A stretch of DNA of 50,629 bases from Lama guanicoe (GCA_013239625.1 MU053588.1:4120799-4171427), one strand, 5' to 3'; shown: positions 37,573 to 50,255, numbered from the stretch's first letter. The notes: generated from the letters alone by a model not told the origin. Translations and numbers: made by a program.

Positions 37573-37974
37573 TGTGATGGTCTTCTTGATGTATCCAACT
37601 TGGCTAGATTACAGTCCCCAGTTATTGAATCAAACATTAATCAAGGCATTGCTGTGCAGATATTTTGTGGATGTGATTAAAGTCCATAATCAGTTGATTT
37701 TAAGGGAGGTTATTCTAGATAATCGGGGTGGGCCTGCTTCAATCAGCTGAAAGTCCTTGAGAGCGGAACTGGGGCTTCCCTCAGAGAAGAAATTCCACTT
37801 GCCCACAGCAGTTTCATTGGATCAAGAGTTCCCACCTGCCCTTCCTAAGGGGTTGTCGGACAGATTTCTGACTTTCCCAGCCCCCACAATCGCATCAGCC
37901 AATTCCTTATAACAAATCTCTTAATCTTGATCTCCTACTGATTCTGATTCACCGGCTGAACCCCGACTGATACA
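37573..37974 (+). mobile_element. MLT2 (ERVL) solo LTR, MLT2D-like
   Basis: TGTGATGG...CAACTTGGCTAG...GTCCATAATCAGTTGA..GATAATCGGGGTGGGCCTG...GAACCCCGACTGATACA with TG..CA termini. Confidence 0.88.
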
Positions 37975-38365
37975 AACCCATTCACACCTGACTATGCAGA
38001 GCGTGCTCAAGTACACTGACCATGCCCTCTGATGCTGGGGCAATACCAAATTGCTCTAAGAGTTTCTGACCGCTCACTCTTGATTTCTGTACTTGCCTCT
38101 CGTGGACCAGTGACAAGCGGCTCACTGACTGGCACTGGAATGCAAACTGCACTTGGAGCAGCACTGAACCAGACATCCTGACATCCTTGAGCCTGTTTCT
38201 TCATTTCTCCAAACACCACCTCTCACAGCTTGTTATAAGAAAGGTAACATGCCTACTACATAGTAGTTGCTCAAAAATTTCTGACTTCCATTATGAAAAC
38301 AGAGATAATCCAGCTCCTCAGAATGGATGTGGCATTTAAGAGAAAGAAAGGAAACTTAGACTCAC

Positions 38366-38380
38366 CTGGAACTTAATCAT
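38366..38380 (-). CDS. ZNF285: ZNF285 start-codon micro-exon (MIKFQ); whole exon ~38366-38423
   Basis: ctttgcag|TTC...AGTATGATTAAGTTCCAG|gtgagt, phase 0. Confidence 0.9.
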
Positions 38381-39609
38381 ACTGTCTTCTTAGAAAGGGC
38401 AGGAGCCAGAGAAGGCAGCAGAACTGCAAAGGAGAAAGAACCCATGAGACCAAGGGTTTCCCAAGTTGTGGATGAATATTGGTTCCTTCTGATCTGGACA
38501 TTTTTCTCACTCAAGTTACCCCATTTGACTGGGCTGTTTATTTCCTGTCTGATAAACCCTGTAAACCCAGTGACCTCTGGCCTTTGAGGGGAAACTTACT
38601 GTATACAATGCTACTTTGGGTGCTGTGGAAACTCCCAAGATTAAGAGATTCAAAACCAAAAACTATGTCTCTGTCCTCTCAGATGGTGCTTCTCCAACCT
38701 CCTGGGGTAAAGAACCTGTTTCATGTTATTTTCACTTTTATTTCCAGCCTGTCATGGACTAATCTTTTGGTAAAATAGAGTGAAAAAGAAATTTTTAGAA
38801 AAAGGAAGCAAAAAGGCATACAAATTAGAAGCCCAATTTTTAAATTACTGGTTTAATCAATCATACAATGAATGAAATTGCTACATAGATTTTTAAATGT
38901 TTACACTGAAGTTCTGAAATGATCTGGTCACAGACCACTAACAGTTAATTCTCTGACTGGCACCGGTTTGCTGGCCACCCTTTGAAGACTCGAGTACCGC
39001 CCAGGGTGACAGATTCAGGTTAATGGGATATGAAATATTCCAATCCTTGGCCAGTCCTTGGACTCTTTCCCCTCCTTTCCTGCCTTTAAGAGACAGCATG
39101 AATCACCCTTACTCTGGGCTTCAACAAAGATCTCTTCAACTCCTCAGGTCAGTGCGAGTCACATTGTTTTATAATAGTTAAAATCCACCAAGAATTATTT
39201 CTCCCTAACCCTGTCAAGAGACCCTAAGTCCTGAAGGAATAACCAAGGCTTAGTCTTTTAGCTGCTTTACCTGGTGAAGATCCCGCTATTTCTCAAACAG
39301 TCACCAACGTTTCTTGACATTAAAAAATGCATAAAAGGAATCAGCTCTCATACACCAGGTACATGCGCAAACATGCCAGGCTCCCCTCTTCCAGAATCTG
39401 CTCTCTCCTGAGAGCCAGCAGTGGGGCAGGTTGATTGACACGCCCACACATACACACATGCACCCACATACACCTATGTGGGAGGGGGTTTGGTTTCCTG
39501 GACTTCTGGTTTCGGGCCCTTCCTGCCTCAAAGTCAGAGTCCTGGTAGGAGAAAGATGGCATGTCCAGATTAAAGAGGAGTTTAACAAACAGATGACTTA
39601 CAGTGCTGT

Positions 39610-39968
39610 GGGCTGGGTGTCAGGAAATCACAGGGGATAAGGTGCTGCCCTGGAAGTGACAGGAAGATGCTACGACTGCACCTGGGTCTCAAGGGGCAAG
39701 GGGAGACTGGAAGAGGGCTGTGTGGACAAGGCTGCCTGAGGAGCTGTAACTTTTTGTTGAGAAGTGCAGCCAACCTGGGGCAACCCAGATGAGAGAGAAC
39801 TGGGGGACAGGACACCCCAGGTCACTTGTCTCCCTCTCTCCAAGTTCTCCTGTTGTGACTGCCCATTGGCCAAAGACAAGCAAGGCCAGAGGGCAATGGC
39901 GGCCTCTCAGGTAGCAGGTGGAAAGTGGAGAGTGGATCTGGAGGCGGGAAACCAAAGATAGGCAGCAC
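39610..39968 (-). mobile_element. Old ERVL LTR fragment (LTR33/LTR41 group)
   Basis: Terminal GAGAGTGGATCTGGAGGCGGGAAACCAAAGATAGGCAGCACA resembles the reversed 5' end of this LTR group. Confidence 0.5.
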
Positions 39969-39995
39969 ATGATGCCTCCAGACCCTTGCTTTTCA

Positions 39996-40765
39996 GAACC
40001 TCCTACACTATGGGTGGGACTGTAACTTGGTGCACCCACTCTGGAAAATAGTACGGAGAGTCCTTGAAAAATGAAAAATAGAATCACTATATGATCCAGC
40101 AGTTCCATTCCTGGGCATATATATCCAGAGGAAACTCTAATCTGAAAAGATATGCGCACCCAATTGTTCATAGCAGCACTATTTACAATAACCAAGATAT
40201 GGAGACAATCTAAATGTCCACCGACAGATGACTGCATAAAGAAACCATAAAATATATATATATATATACACACACACGATGGGATACTACTCAGTCATAA
40301 AAAATGAAATAATGCCATTTGCAGCAACATGGTTGGACCTAGAGATTATCATACTAAGTCAGACAGAGAAAGACAACTATCATATGCTATCACTTATGTG
40401 TGGAATCTTAAAAAATGACAAAAATGAACTTATTTACAGAACAGAAACAGACTCACAGACATAGAAAACAAACATATGGTTACCAGGCGGAAAGGGAGTA
40501 GGAAGGGATAAATTGAGAGTTTGAGATTTGCAGATACTATTACATATAAAATAGATAAACAAGTTTCTACTGTATAGCAAGAACAGGGAGCTATATTCAA
40601 TATCTTGTGGTAACCTATAATAAAAAACAAATGTATGTATGTATATATATATATGATTAAAACATTATGCTGTACACATTGTAATTTGACACATTGTAAA
40701 CTGTCTATATTTCAATTATAAAAAAAAGAAAGAAAGAAAAGGAAAAAAAGAAAAGAAAAGAAGAA
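39996..40765 (+). mobile_element. Relatively young L1 3' end with poly(A)/(GAAAA)n tail
   Basis: Same family as 27400-28175 (ACAGACATAGAAAACAAACATATGGTTACC); ends ACATTGTAAACTGTCTATATTTCAAT plus A-rich tail. Confidence 0.92.
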
Positions 40766-40779
40766 TGGACAAACAGTGG

Positions 40780-41090
40780 CAAGAGAGGGAGCAGGAAGAG
40801 CAGTTCAGAGATTATCACAGAACTCCAGCCAGGGGTGCTGGTGCCCTGGAGCAGGGCACTAGAAACAGGAGTAGTGAGTTGTTGGGTTCTGCATTTATAC
40901 TGGTGATACGGCTAACAGGATCTGCTGACTGCTTACATGTGGGCTGGGAAAGACAGCCATAAAAGGCTTCAGTGACTGGAAGGATGGAGTTGCCATTTAC
41001 AGAGGTGGGGGAAGACCAGAGGAGGGGCAGGTTTTGTAGGGGAGGTTCAGGAGCTCAGTTTTAGAAATATCAGGTTTGAGATGTTGAAAA
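40780..41090 (-). mobile_element. L2 LINE fragment
   Basis: ACTGGAAGGATGGAGTTGCCATTTACAGAGGTGGGG...CAGGAGCTCAGTTTTAGA...GTTTGAGATG. Confidence 0.75.
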
Positions 41091-41949
41091 ATACACCTAT
41101 ATTTATAGAGAAAGAAGAAAAAAATTATCCCAGTCACAAGACACAAAAGACATAAATTACCTACAAAACAATTTCATTAAGGAAGAAAATTACAGAATTT
41201 TATTAAAAGTCCTGAAGCCCTGACTGCACTTCGGAGCTCATAGTGTCTCCCCCAGCATAGAGGTCTAGTCTGAGGGAGAATTCCCAAGGTCTGGCCCCGC
41301 ATACTATGCGCAACTAAGAGTAACACCCAATCTTTCTATGCTTCAGGCACTTCCTAGCTAGTTAACTGGAAAACTGTTTCACAAAGATTTTATTATGGAA
41401 ATTTCTAACGCACAGAGGTAGACAGAATAGTATAATGAACCCCCATGCACCAATCACAGGGCTTAAACAATTAACACGTGGTCACTCTTGTTTCAGCTAC
41501 CCCTCTACCTGTTCCCCACGTACTCACATACTATTTTTTATTGGTCACATACTATTTTGAAGCAAATCCCTGACATCATATTATTTCGTTCATAAATATT
41601 TCATTAAGTAGCTCCAAGAGAAGGAAACAGTTTAGAAAATGCTAGTATCACACCTCAAATAATTACATTAATTCTTTAATTTTATCCAAGGCAGAGTCAA
41701 TGTTCAAATTTGTTAACTGCAATTTAACAATTTACAATTTGCTATGTGTCTTATAATCCTCAAAGATTACACTTCCTGGTTCACAGCACGCGAGGTGAAT
41801 ACGGGTTAATAATTTAGGGCAGTTCTTTTCAAACTGTATTCAGAGACATACTCCAGATTTATTACTAGGGAGAGGAACGAGCAGTCCGAGCCGTCCCCCA
41901 GGTCGGAGATGAACTAATTCCTCTCCCCACTCAGGGAAGCATGGTTCAA

Positions 41950-42480
41950 ACCAGTATCTCCAAAATCTGAGTCAACGCCCCCCCTGCCCCAGCCTGGGTC
42001 CCGAGATGCGCGTGCCAAGACCGACACCAGTCCCGACCCGCGGCTGCACACATTGTCCATGCCATTACCCCGAAACCTGCAGAGGTACCACCTGAATCAG
42101 TCCTTGCAAACCGAGTGCAAGCTCTCCACACCCCATCCCACGGAGGCCGGGCCGGACCCCTCCCCGCCCCACCCCGCCAAGGAGCCCTTTCATCAGTCAC
42201 CAGTCCCCGCTTCCAACTCCTCCTACTCCAGTCCACAGGGCCGGGATATAGCTGCACACCCTCCACCTCCATCCCCCGCGACACCTCGGAAGGGGCGCGG
42301 TCCACGCTAAACTCACCTGAACGCCAGAAACAATGCCGCCCACTGCACGCGTCCGGGACCATGACGCATGCGCAAGGAAACGTGTGACTACAATCCCCAG
42401 AAGCCCCTGCGCGGCAGCGGCGGCCACGCCAGGTTGCCCAGGGGTCCACGGTGCCGCTGGGGCCACCCGGACTCTGCCTT
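41950..42480 (-). promoter_or_regulatory. ZNF285: ZNF285 CpG-island promoter and non-coding exon 1 (donor at 42317)
   Basis: CpG-dense. Donor CAG|gtgagt at 42316. NRF1-like CGCATGCGCA at 42365-42374. ZNF143/THAP11-type ACTACAATCCCCAGAAGCCC from 42387. Confidence 0.82.
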
Positions 42481-43773
42481 TCTAAAATAATAACAACAAT
42501 GACAATAGCGATAAAACAACAGTGAAATGTTACTAATAAATTTTAAAAAAAATCACTCTCTACCCGTAATAAAAAAGGAGAGAGCACAGTCAGTATCTTA
42601 CTACTTGGAAATGAACTCATTACCATATCGGTGGAAATCTTTGCAGGTTCTTCTTCTGTAGACACGTCCTTTAATTATATAAGCATGCAAATTGTCAGTG
42701 AAAATTTACTTCCTTTTTTTTTTTTTCACGGTTTGTTTCCATTGCAGGGGACTTGAGAACTGACATAACCCTGTAAACAGGATTTTCCCCTTTGGAGAAG
42801 CAGAAAGAAGTTAACAACTAGCAAGTAGCTGCTTTATTATAAGGGAATACTACGAGCCTGGCGTTCTCTTTAAAGAGGCATGCTTCAACAAATTTCGAAA
42901 AATTGGGAAGTTTTCAGATTCTCTTTGAGAAGTCTCTCTTGGGACTTATGCTTTTTTCGCAGTTTAAGATTCCTATTACAGAAAACATCTTTTTGATGCC
43001 CTAGATTTAAATGGGGATTCAAATTGAATTGGGCCCTAAAACCGAATAAAGATTACACTAGAGCCCTATAACTCTAGCCTGTAAGGAAAGCACCAAAAAC
43101 AAACAAACAAACAAAATGGATGAGAACAATATCTGGCAGCTCTAGACCTAGGCTAGACAGATAATTAAAGACCCTCATCTGCAAACGGTTGGCAGGAGCT
43201 GGAGTAATAATATCCAAGTATAGTTTGACATTGCAACTTGGGGCATATAGAGGGAACAGTAAAATGCTTTTGGCCTGTCTCTTGTCTTGATGCCTCGACA
43301 TTTCAATTTTACCATGATTTTAAAAAAAAATCTAGTAAACTCTGCCACAGAGAGTCATCCTTGATTTTGGCAGATCCTAACAGTCTATTTTATGGGATAG
43401 GGAGGAGGATGTTTTAATGTGCCTCGGTAACATCTGTACTAAATAAATACCTAGATCCTCTACCTTGGAGTCAATTTATTTTCTCTGAGCCCCTCCTCTC
43501 TGATCTCATCTTCTATTACTTTCTCCCTTGCCCATTCTGGTCCAACCACACTGGGCTTTGTGCTGTCAAACCTGATCACTGTTTCCCCTGCTGGTATGTT
43601 CTTTTCCCCAAAGGCCCCAAAGGTAACTTAACTGTCTTTATTCTTTGCTCAAATGTCACTCTCAGTGAGGTCTATGGCACTCCCATTTAAAAGTGCAAAG
43701 GCCCCTAGTAATTCTCCACCTGCCTTACTCCACTTTCCCTTTCCCTTCTTGGTACATATCACCTTCTAAAATA

Positions 43774-44289
43774 AAGGCATACCTCGTTTTATTGAGTTTT
43801 TTTTTATTGCCCTTCACAGATGTTGCGGGGTTTTTTGTTTGTGTTGTTTTTTACAAATTGGAGGTTTGTGGCAACCCTGCATTGAGCAAGTCTATTGATG
43901 CCATTTTTCCAACGGCATTTGCTCACTTCGTGTCTCTCTGTCACCATGTTGGTAATTCTAGCAATATTTCAAACTTTTTCATTATTACTATACTTGTCAT
44001 GGTGATCTGTGACCAGTGATCCTTGATGTAACTATTGCAAAAAGATTACAACTCACTGAAGGCTCAGATGATGGTTAGCATTTTTTTTGTAGCAATGAAG
44101 TATTGTGAAATTAAGGTGTGTACATTGTCTTTTAGACATACTACTACTACTACATACTTAATAGACTGCAATATAAACATAACTTTCATACACACTGGGA
44201 AACCAAAAAAAATTGAGTGACTGCTTTATTATATTTGCTTTATTGCAGTGGTTTGGAATTAAACCTGCAGTATTTCCAGGGTCTGCTTA
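43774..44289 (+). mobile_element. Tigger1-derived non-autonomous element, second copy
   Basis: TA|AAGGCATACCTCGTTTTATTG...CAAATTGGAGGTTTGTGGCAACCCTGC...CACTGAAGGCTCAGATG...GCAGTATTTCCAGGGTCTGCTTA; inserted next to an L2 fragment (~43440-43770). Confidence 0.88.
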
Positions 44290-46283
44290 TAACTTAGACT
44301 CTTTTTCTGGCAGCCCTAGGCAGCAGAAGGGAACTCAGCCCAGGCAGTGCCTTGGGTCTCAAGTCACCCACGTGCAGCAGTCAGACTGCAATCATGGTCC
44401 ACTGTCCTCCACAAAGCTAGGCTTGTGGGCTCACTGGTCCCAGGGGCCAGAATGTAGCACAGGAGTGCCAAATTGGTCCTCCTAATTATCCAGACCACCT
44501 CATCTCCTACCAGCCAGCAAAAATGATGCAGCCTTTGAAAGTATCTAAATCACAAATTTCATAGTTCGTGTATACCTTATATTTTGGTACTAGGGGCTAA
44601 GTGAATGGTGGAAAAGGAAAAAATACATATAGAGAGAGAGGTTATAATATAGATCTTTGACCAAAAAAAGATTGTCCCAGTAGACTAATTTTTAAAAAAT
44701 AGATAGCTTTACTGTTGTTATAAAATTGATATATGCTCTTTATAATAAAAATATGTAAAAGTACATGAATGCATTGCAAACAAAGTATTCCATCTGCTAG
44801 AAATAAGCAGTTATAATACTGACCTTTCACACATCTTTTCCTTTCTCTCTCTTTATAAACACACACACACATTAACAAAAAGGGGTTGTAATATAATTAT
44901 TGTTTTACAAATTCCTGGTTCACTGGTTTGTGAGCAACCGTCAATGTCATTACAGGTATACCTAAATATTTTTAGTGATTTCTCCTTGTTTACATGTGCT
45001 TTAACTGATTAAAACTGGAGCATTAAGATTTGTGGGTTTTTGCTGGACTAAGAAGATGCTATTAAACCTGGCCATCTACATACATCTTTTCCCACATGTA
45101 CAACTATCTCCCAAGTATAAATTACTACACACTTACTGCTACTTTGAAGTAGAGGTTATATAAATTGAACTTGACACACTGACAAATTTTCAAAAAAGAC
45201 GACCTATTTTCACTCCTACCAATAAGTGCATAAGAGTTCATGTTTCCACAGATCCCCACTGATGTGGCTTTGGTGAATCTGTTTACCACTGCTATTCTGA
45301 TGAGTTAGAAATGGTATTTCTGATTTTTAAAAATGTTATAATATTTGTCTTATAGATAAAAAACCCAAAACAACCCAGTATGAAATGAAATGGCAAAAAT
45401 ATTGTATTCATGATAGCAATAAAACAAAATCCTAGAAATATACTTAAGAATATTCAGAAGCTAATTTTCAAATCTCTAAAATAATATTTCTGAAGGCTCA
45501 TTTAAAATACTTTAGTAAGTAGAAACAAACAGCATCTTCAAATGGAAAAAAAAATTCAGAATTTCAATGATGCAAGTTCTTCCCAAATTAAACTATACAT
45601 TCAATGCAATGCCAATTAAGAGCCCAGATTTTGTTTAAAATGATAAAATACTCCTGCAGTTTACATAACCTCTGACAGCAGTTTCTCTCTAGGAGATAAA
45701 ATACAATCACAGAAACATGACGATAGTGTGTTGGAGACACATTACCCAGACCTGCCAAGAGAGCATCTTTCCCTGAAACCATCCATGGCCTAAAAGTGAC
45801 TTGCCTCAGTGAATGTTAGTATAATCTTTTAATTTTTATAAAAATGCTTTCTAAAAGGTATGTACAATATTGCTTTGAGTAAGGGGACAGTTTTTTCCTA
45901 CACTTATCCCGTTCATAGGTATTTTTCCCAACATGGAATCTGTGTCCATAATCTGCCCCTTTGATATATTCTTACTAGTTCTAGCATTTGTAAAAACTCC
46001 CTCCTGGGCCACCTGTGATGAACGTGATGTTTCTTTTTTTCCCTGAAACCACTGCCACATCATTTCCTTAGGGACTATTCCACTGTGCAAGAGACTCTGG
46101 AAGACTGGAGTTTGTGAAGTTTGTGACTGAGCGCTTTCCCTGTTTACCAAACTTCCAGATCTCCCTTCCCGTGCGGACCAGCCTCTACTGCAGCCCTTCC
46201 GACACATCACGTCTGTATCGATTTTCTCCTGTGTTGGCTCTGAGATGAACAGAAAGTTCTGAGTTCTACCCGGAGATCTCCAC

Positions 46284-48524
46284 TCACACCTGCTTACAAG
46301 GTTTCTCGCTTAAGTGCACTCGCTGATGATTTCGCAGACCTGAGCTATAGCTGAAGCCTTTCCCACACTCCATGCACTTGTAGGGCTTCTCTCCAGTGTG
46401 GACCCTCTGATGGATGTGAAGACAGGAGCTTCGACCAAAGCCCTTCCCGCATTCCTCACATTTGTAGGGTTTCTCGCCAGTGTGGACCCACTGATGACCT
46501 TGAAGGTGTGAGCTCTGACTGTAGCCCTTCCCACACACGTCACATCTGTACGGTTTCTCCCCCGTGTGCACTCTCTTATGACTGAGGAGACCTGAGCTGT
46601 ACTGGAAGCCCTTTCCGCATTCGTAACAAATATAGGGTTTCTCGCCGGTGTGCCGTCTCTGGTGGGTGCGAAGATTTGAGCCATAGCTGAACCCCTTGCC
46701 GCACTGATCACATCTGTAGGGCTTCCTCCCCGTGTGGACTCGCTGATGTTTGTGAGGACTTGAGGTGCACCTAAAGCCCTTTCCACACTCTTCACACCTG
46801 TAAGGTTTCTCGCCCATGTGGACCCTCCGGTGGATGAGGAGTCTGGAGCTGTAACTGAAGCCTTTCCCACACTCCGCGCATTTATAGGGCTTCTCTCCTG
46901 TGTGGACCCTCTGGTGGATGAGGAGGTCGGAGCTGTAAATGAAGCCCTTCCCACACATGGCGCAGATGTAGGGCCACTCTCCGGTGTGGACCCGCCAGTG
47001 GCTGTGAAGGTTGGAATTCCGCCGGAAGCCTTTCCCACACTCGGCACATCTGTAGGGCTTCTCTCCCGTGTGGACCCTCTGGTGGACATGGAGGTCTGAG
47101 CTTCGGCCGAAGCCCTTCCCGCACTCGCACTTGTAGGGCTTCTCTCCCACGTGCAGTCTCTGATGTGCGAGGAGCCCTGAGCTGTAACTGAAGCTCTTCC
47201 CGCACACGCCACACTCATAGAGGTGCTTCCCTGTGTGAGCCTTCAGGTGAGCCTGCAGGTACGAGCTGTGACTGAAACCCTTGTCGCACTGGTCGCACTG
47301 GTCGGGTTTCTCTCTGGCGGGCATTGTCTGATGACTGCTGAGATTGGAGCTACAGCTGAATCCCCTGCCGTGTTCTACACAGCTGTAGGGTTTCTCCCCG
47401 GGGTGGACGTGCTGATGCTTATGTAACATGGACCTGGCGCAGAACCCTTTGCTGCACTCGCTGCACGTGTAGAGCTTCTCCCGTGTGCAGCTGCTGATGG
47501 ACCTGAAGCACCGAGCTGTAGCTGAAGCCTTTCCCGCACTCACTGCATCTGTACGGCTTCTCTCCGGTGTGGACCCTCTGATGGACCAGCAGGTTGGAGC
47601 TCCGCCCAAAGGCCTTCCCGCACTCCTTGCACTTATAAGGTTTCTTTCCTGTGTGCAAGCCCTGATGGATGAGAACTGATTTGTACCTGAACCCCTTCCC
47701 GCATACCTCGCATGCGTAGGACACGTCTCCTGCCGGGACCCTGGCACGGCCATGAATGCGTGTGTTCTGCCTGGAGCCCCGACCATGCTCGTTACTTTGA
47801 AAGGATTTCTCTCCTGGGGGAGTTCTTGGATGTCTCTCCAGACAGGTGCTCTGCCCCAAGCCCTTAACAAACTTATGATATTGATAGGGTTTCTCTTTCA
47901 AGGGCACTCTTGGATGAGTGGGCAGGTCTGAATCATCCTGGCAGCCATTTTCACATTCATTTCTTTCAAAGCCATTCTCTCCGGGGTTAGGGCATTGAAG
48001 TATTGACTCTTTAATGCAGTCTTTTCTGCCTTTATCACAATTATGTGGTTTCTCTCTTCCAGGTTTCCTGTGGTCATCACGATAATGTGATAGCCAGCTG
48101 AAGCCGTCAACATCCCAGTCACATTTATATATTATATCTTCCATGTTGGGTTTTTTCCATCTTTCTTGAACATTCCTTGTCTCATTCACAGAGGCTTTTA
48201 TCCAAGATCCCTGAAAGGAGACTGGTCTCACAGGCCAGGCTAGAAACTCATGATTTTCCAAATTGATGGACCCATCCCCTTGAAGACTGTCTACCAAATT
48301 TCCAATCTGAGAATCCTCAGCAGATACTAATTTCCCGCCTTGACAGAGAGAAGCATCTTCTGAGGACCAGAAATCTGCCCCTGGAAGATTTGCTCTGTGG
48401 TCTTGACTCGCAGTTAATTCACCAGCCACCTGCTCCCAGATTTTCCAGCAGGGGAGCTCTCTGTGCGAAAGAAATCTGAATTCTTTTTCTGGAGTATCCT
48501 CCATATCCTTCTCATACTTGTCTC
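46284..48524 (-). CDS. ZNF229: ZNF229 last exon (spacer plus 17 finger units), interrupted by a 2-nt frameshift at ~47480; disrupted gene or assembly error
   Basis: Acceptor cctttag|GA at 48525-48526. ORF 47419..48561 gives GDKYEKDMEDTPEKEFRFLSHRELPCWKIWEQVAGEL...LHTGE; ORF 46284..47870 continues KLYTCSEC...SSGLRNHQRVHLSEKP. Distinctive fingers (YKCECGK, RCTSS, YGSNLRTH, GYSQSSHLQGH) match recalled human ZNF229. Confidence 0.92.
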
Positions 48525-48849
48525 CTAAAGGGGTAAAGGTGACTTGTGAGAAGAAGTACAAGACTGGCTCAGGGACATCAGGCTCTCAGACCGGGACCAA
48601 TAATGCCCTAGAGAAAACTTCAGGTTTATGTATCACAACTGTCATGGTGCTTCTTTTTATGTTTGAAAAAAGGAAGAGGCTTCTATTGATAAACTTGGAA
48701 GCTCAATGTTAATATAATCCTGTTAGTAACAAACTAGTCTCATCGTAGAGCTGCCAAGCAAAAAATAAATTCTGAACAGGATTTTACCCCCCAAATTTTA
48801 TTTCTTCACTTAATAATGCTGTTGTTGCTAATAATAACAATATTAATAG

Positions 48850-49062
48850 TATCTAACACTATTAAAACAGTTCCTATGTGCCAAAGATATACATATATTA
48901 ATTTATTTAATGCTCAGAATACATGGAGGTAGAGACTATTATTTTCATCTTACAGATGAGGAAAACCAAGGCACAGAGAGGATGAGGAATCTAGTCAGTA
49001 CAGCACCGCGCTGTAAGGGAGGGCTGAGCTGGGATTCCCACATACAAGTCTGGCTTCAGAGC
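48850..49062 (-). mobile_element. MIR SINE
   Basis: CATCTTACAGATGAGGAAAACCAAGGCACAGAGAGG...GTCTGGCTTCAGAGCCCA. Confidence 0.8.
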
Positions 49063-49770
49063 CCACACTGAGTGGACACTCTCACCATGCTGCCTCCCAG
49101 AGGACTCTGACTCTGGGTGTGTGTGAGCCAGATGTGGGCAGGGAACAAAGCACCCAACCTGCCAAAGTGCACCAGCCGTGTCTGCGTCTTCTGTGGCATA
49201 TCACAGGGAGCCAGGTGATACGGACAAGGTGTGGAGACGTAAAACCTCTCCACGTATCCCCACTACTGACGGCGGGCCACCACACTGTCATGTTTGCCGC
49301 AGAGCTCCACATGCTTTTAAAAATGTGCCCACACTTTCTGATGTTCTTTATTGGCCATTTTTATCTTTTAAGGCTGAGGTAACAGGAACTTGTTTATAAC
49401 CAGGGACTTGTAGAATACAGAAGTGAGAAGTTCTCAACTCAATTCTCAATTGAAATTCTCAATTCTCAGAGGATTCTCAACCTTCTGGAACAGCCTCTCT
49501 GTCACTGGCTTGCTGGTCTTACACTGCCTGTTCTATCAGAGGGACGAAAAGTCCAGCGATCCCACACTCCTTCTGGGTCTGTCACTCTCTGGGAAGCATG
49601 AAGGAACCATGAGAAGGCAGGGACTGAGGAACAGAAATGAGGCTGCACAACAATCACCTACTTTGGGGCCTGCCGTGTCCACGGGCAAGGCCGAGGGTGG
49701 GGAAGGGGCCTCTGTGAGGCCAGCTCACCGCACACTGCCTGGCCTGGACTCTAGACTCCGTGGTCCTCAC

Positions 49771-49866
49771 CTGGATGTGCATCTCTTGGAGTTTCTCTCT
49801 CTTCCCCCCAGGTCTCTCTGTCTCGTTCCAAATGGCGTATTTTATCAGGTTTGAAAGGTTGTTGCC
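49771..49866 (-). CDS. ZNF229: ZNF229 candidate KRAB-B exon (96 bp, phase 1-1)
   Basis: aatttcag|GG...CCAG|gtgagg. Open frame GQQPFKPDKIRHLERDRETWGEERETPRDAHP. Confidence 0.7.
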
Positions 49867-50099
49867 CTGAAATTCCAAGAAAATGCAAAGCTAAGGCTTG
49901 CTTCTGAGGTATAAAAAAAGAATGTGAAAATGCAGCCCTAATCCCATGACTTTCAGGCGTTTGAAAGACAGATAAGGAAAAGATTCAGGACTGGTTAAGT
50001 GAAACTATTTTTCAACAGTTCTAGAAAAAAAGGATTTAACCTGCATACCAAGACCAAAAATATCCTCTCTTCGGGGAACAAGAACACTCCGATGAGTTA

Positions 50100-50255
<156 letters not shown>

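Noticed and set aside
41946..42466. Overlapping GC-rich ORFs in the CpG island (also 26462-27109)
   Set aside because: Stop-poor promoter sequence with no recognisable domains.
47470..47490. Programmed ribosomal frameshift or micro-intron rescuing ZNF229
   Set aside because: No X XXY YYZ slippery heptamer and no plausible intron at the site; simple deletion or assembly error explains it better.
46300..47700. CRISPR-like or novel tandem array with 84-bp period
   Set aside because: The period is the 28-aa C2H2 repeat with HTGEKPY linkers in a mammalian gene.
47481..47870. N-terminus (MLRAWGRA...) of the 528-aa ORF as a separate finger-only gene
   Set aside because: Non-ATG start, and it is the off-frame reading of ZNF229 sequence upstream of the frameshift.
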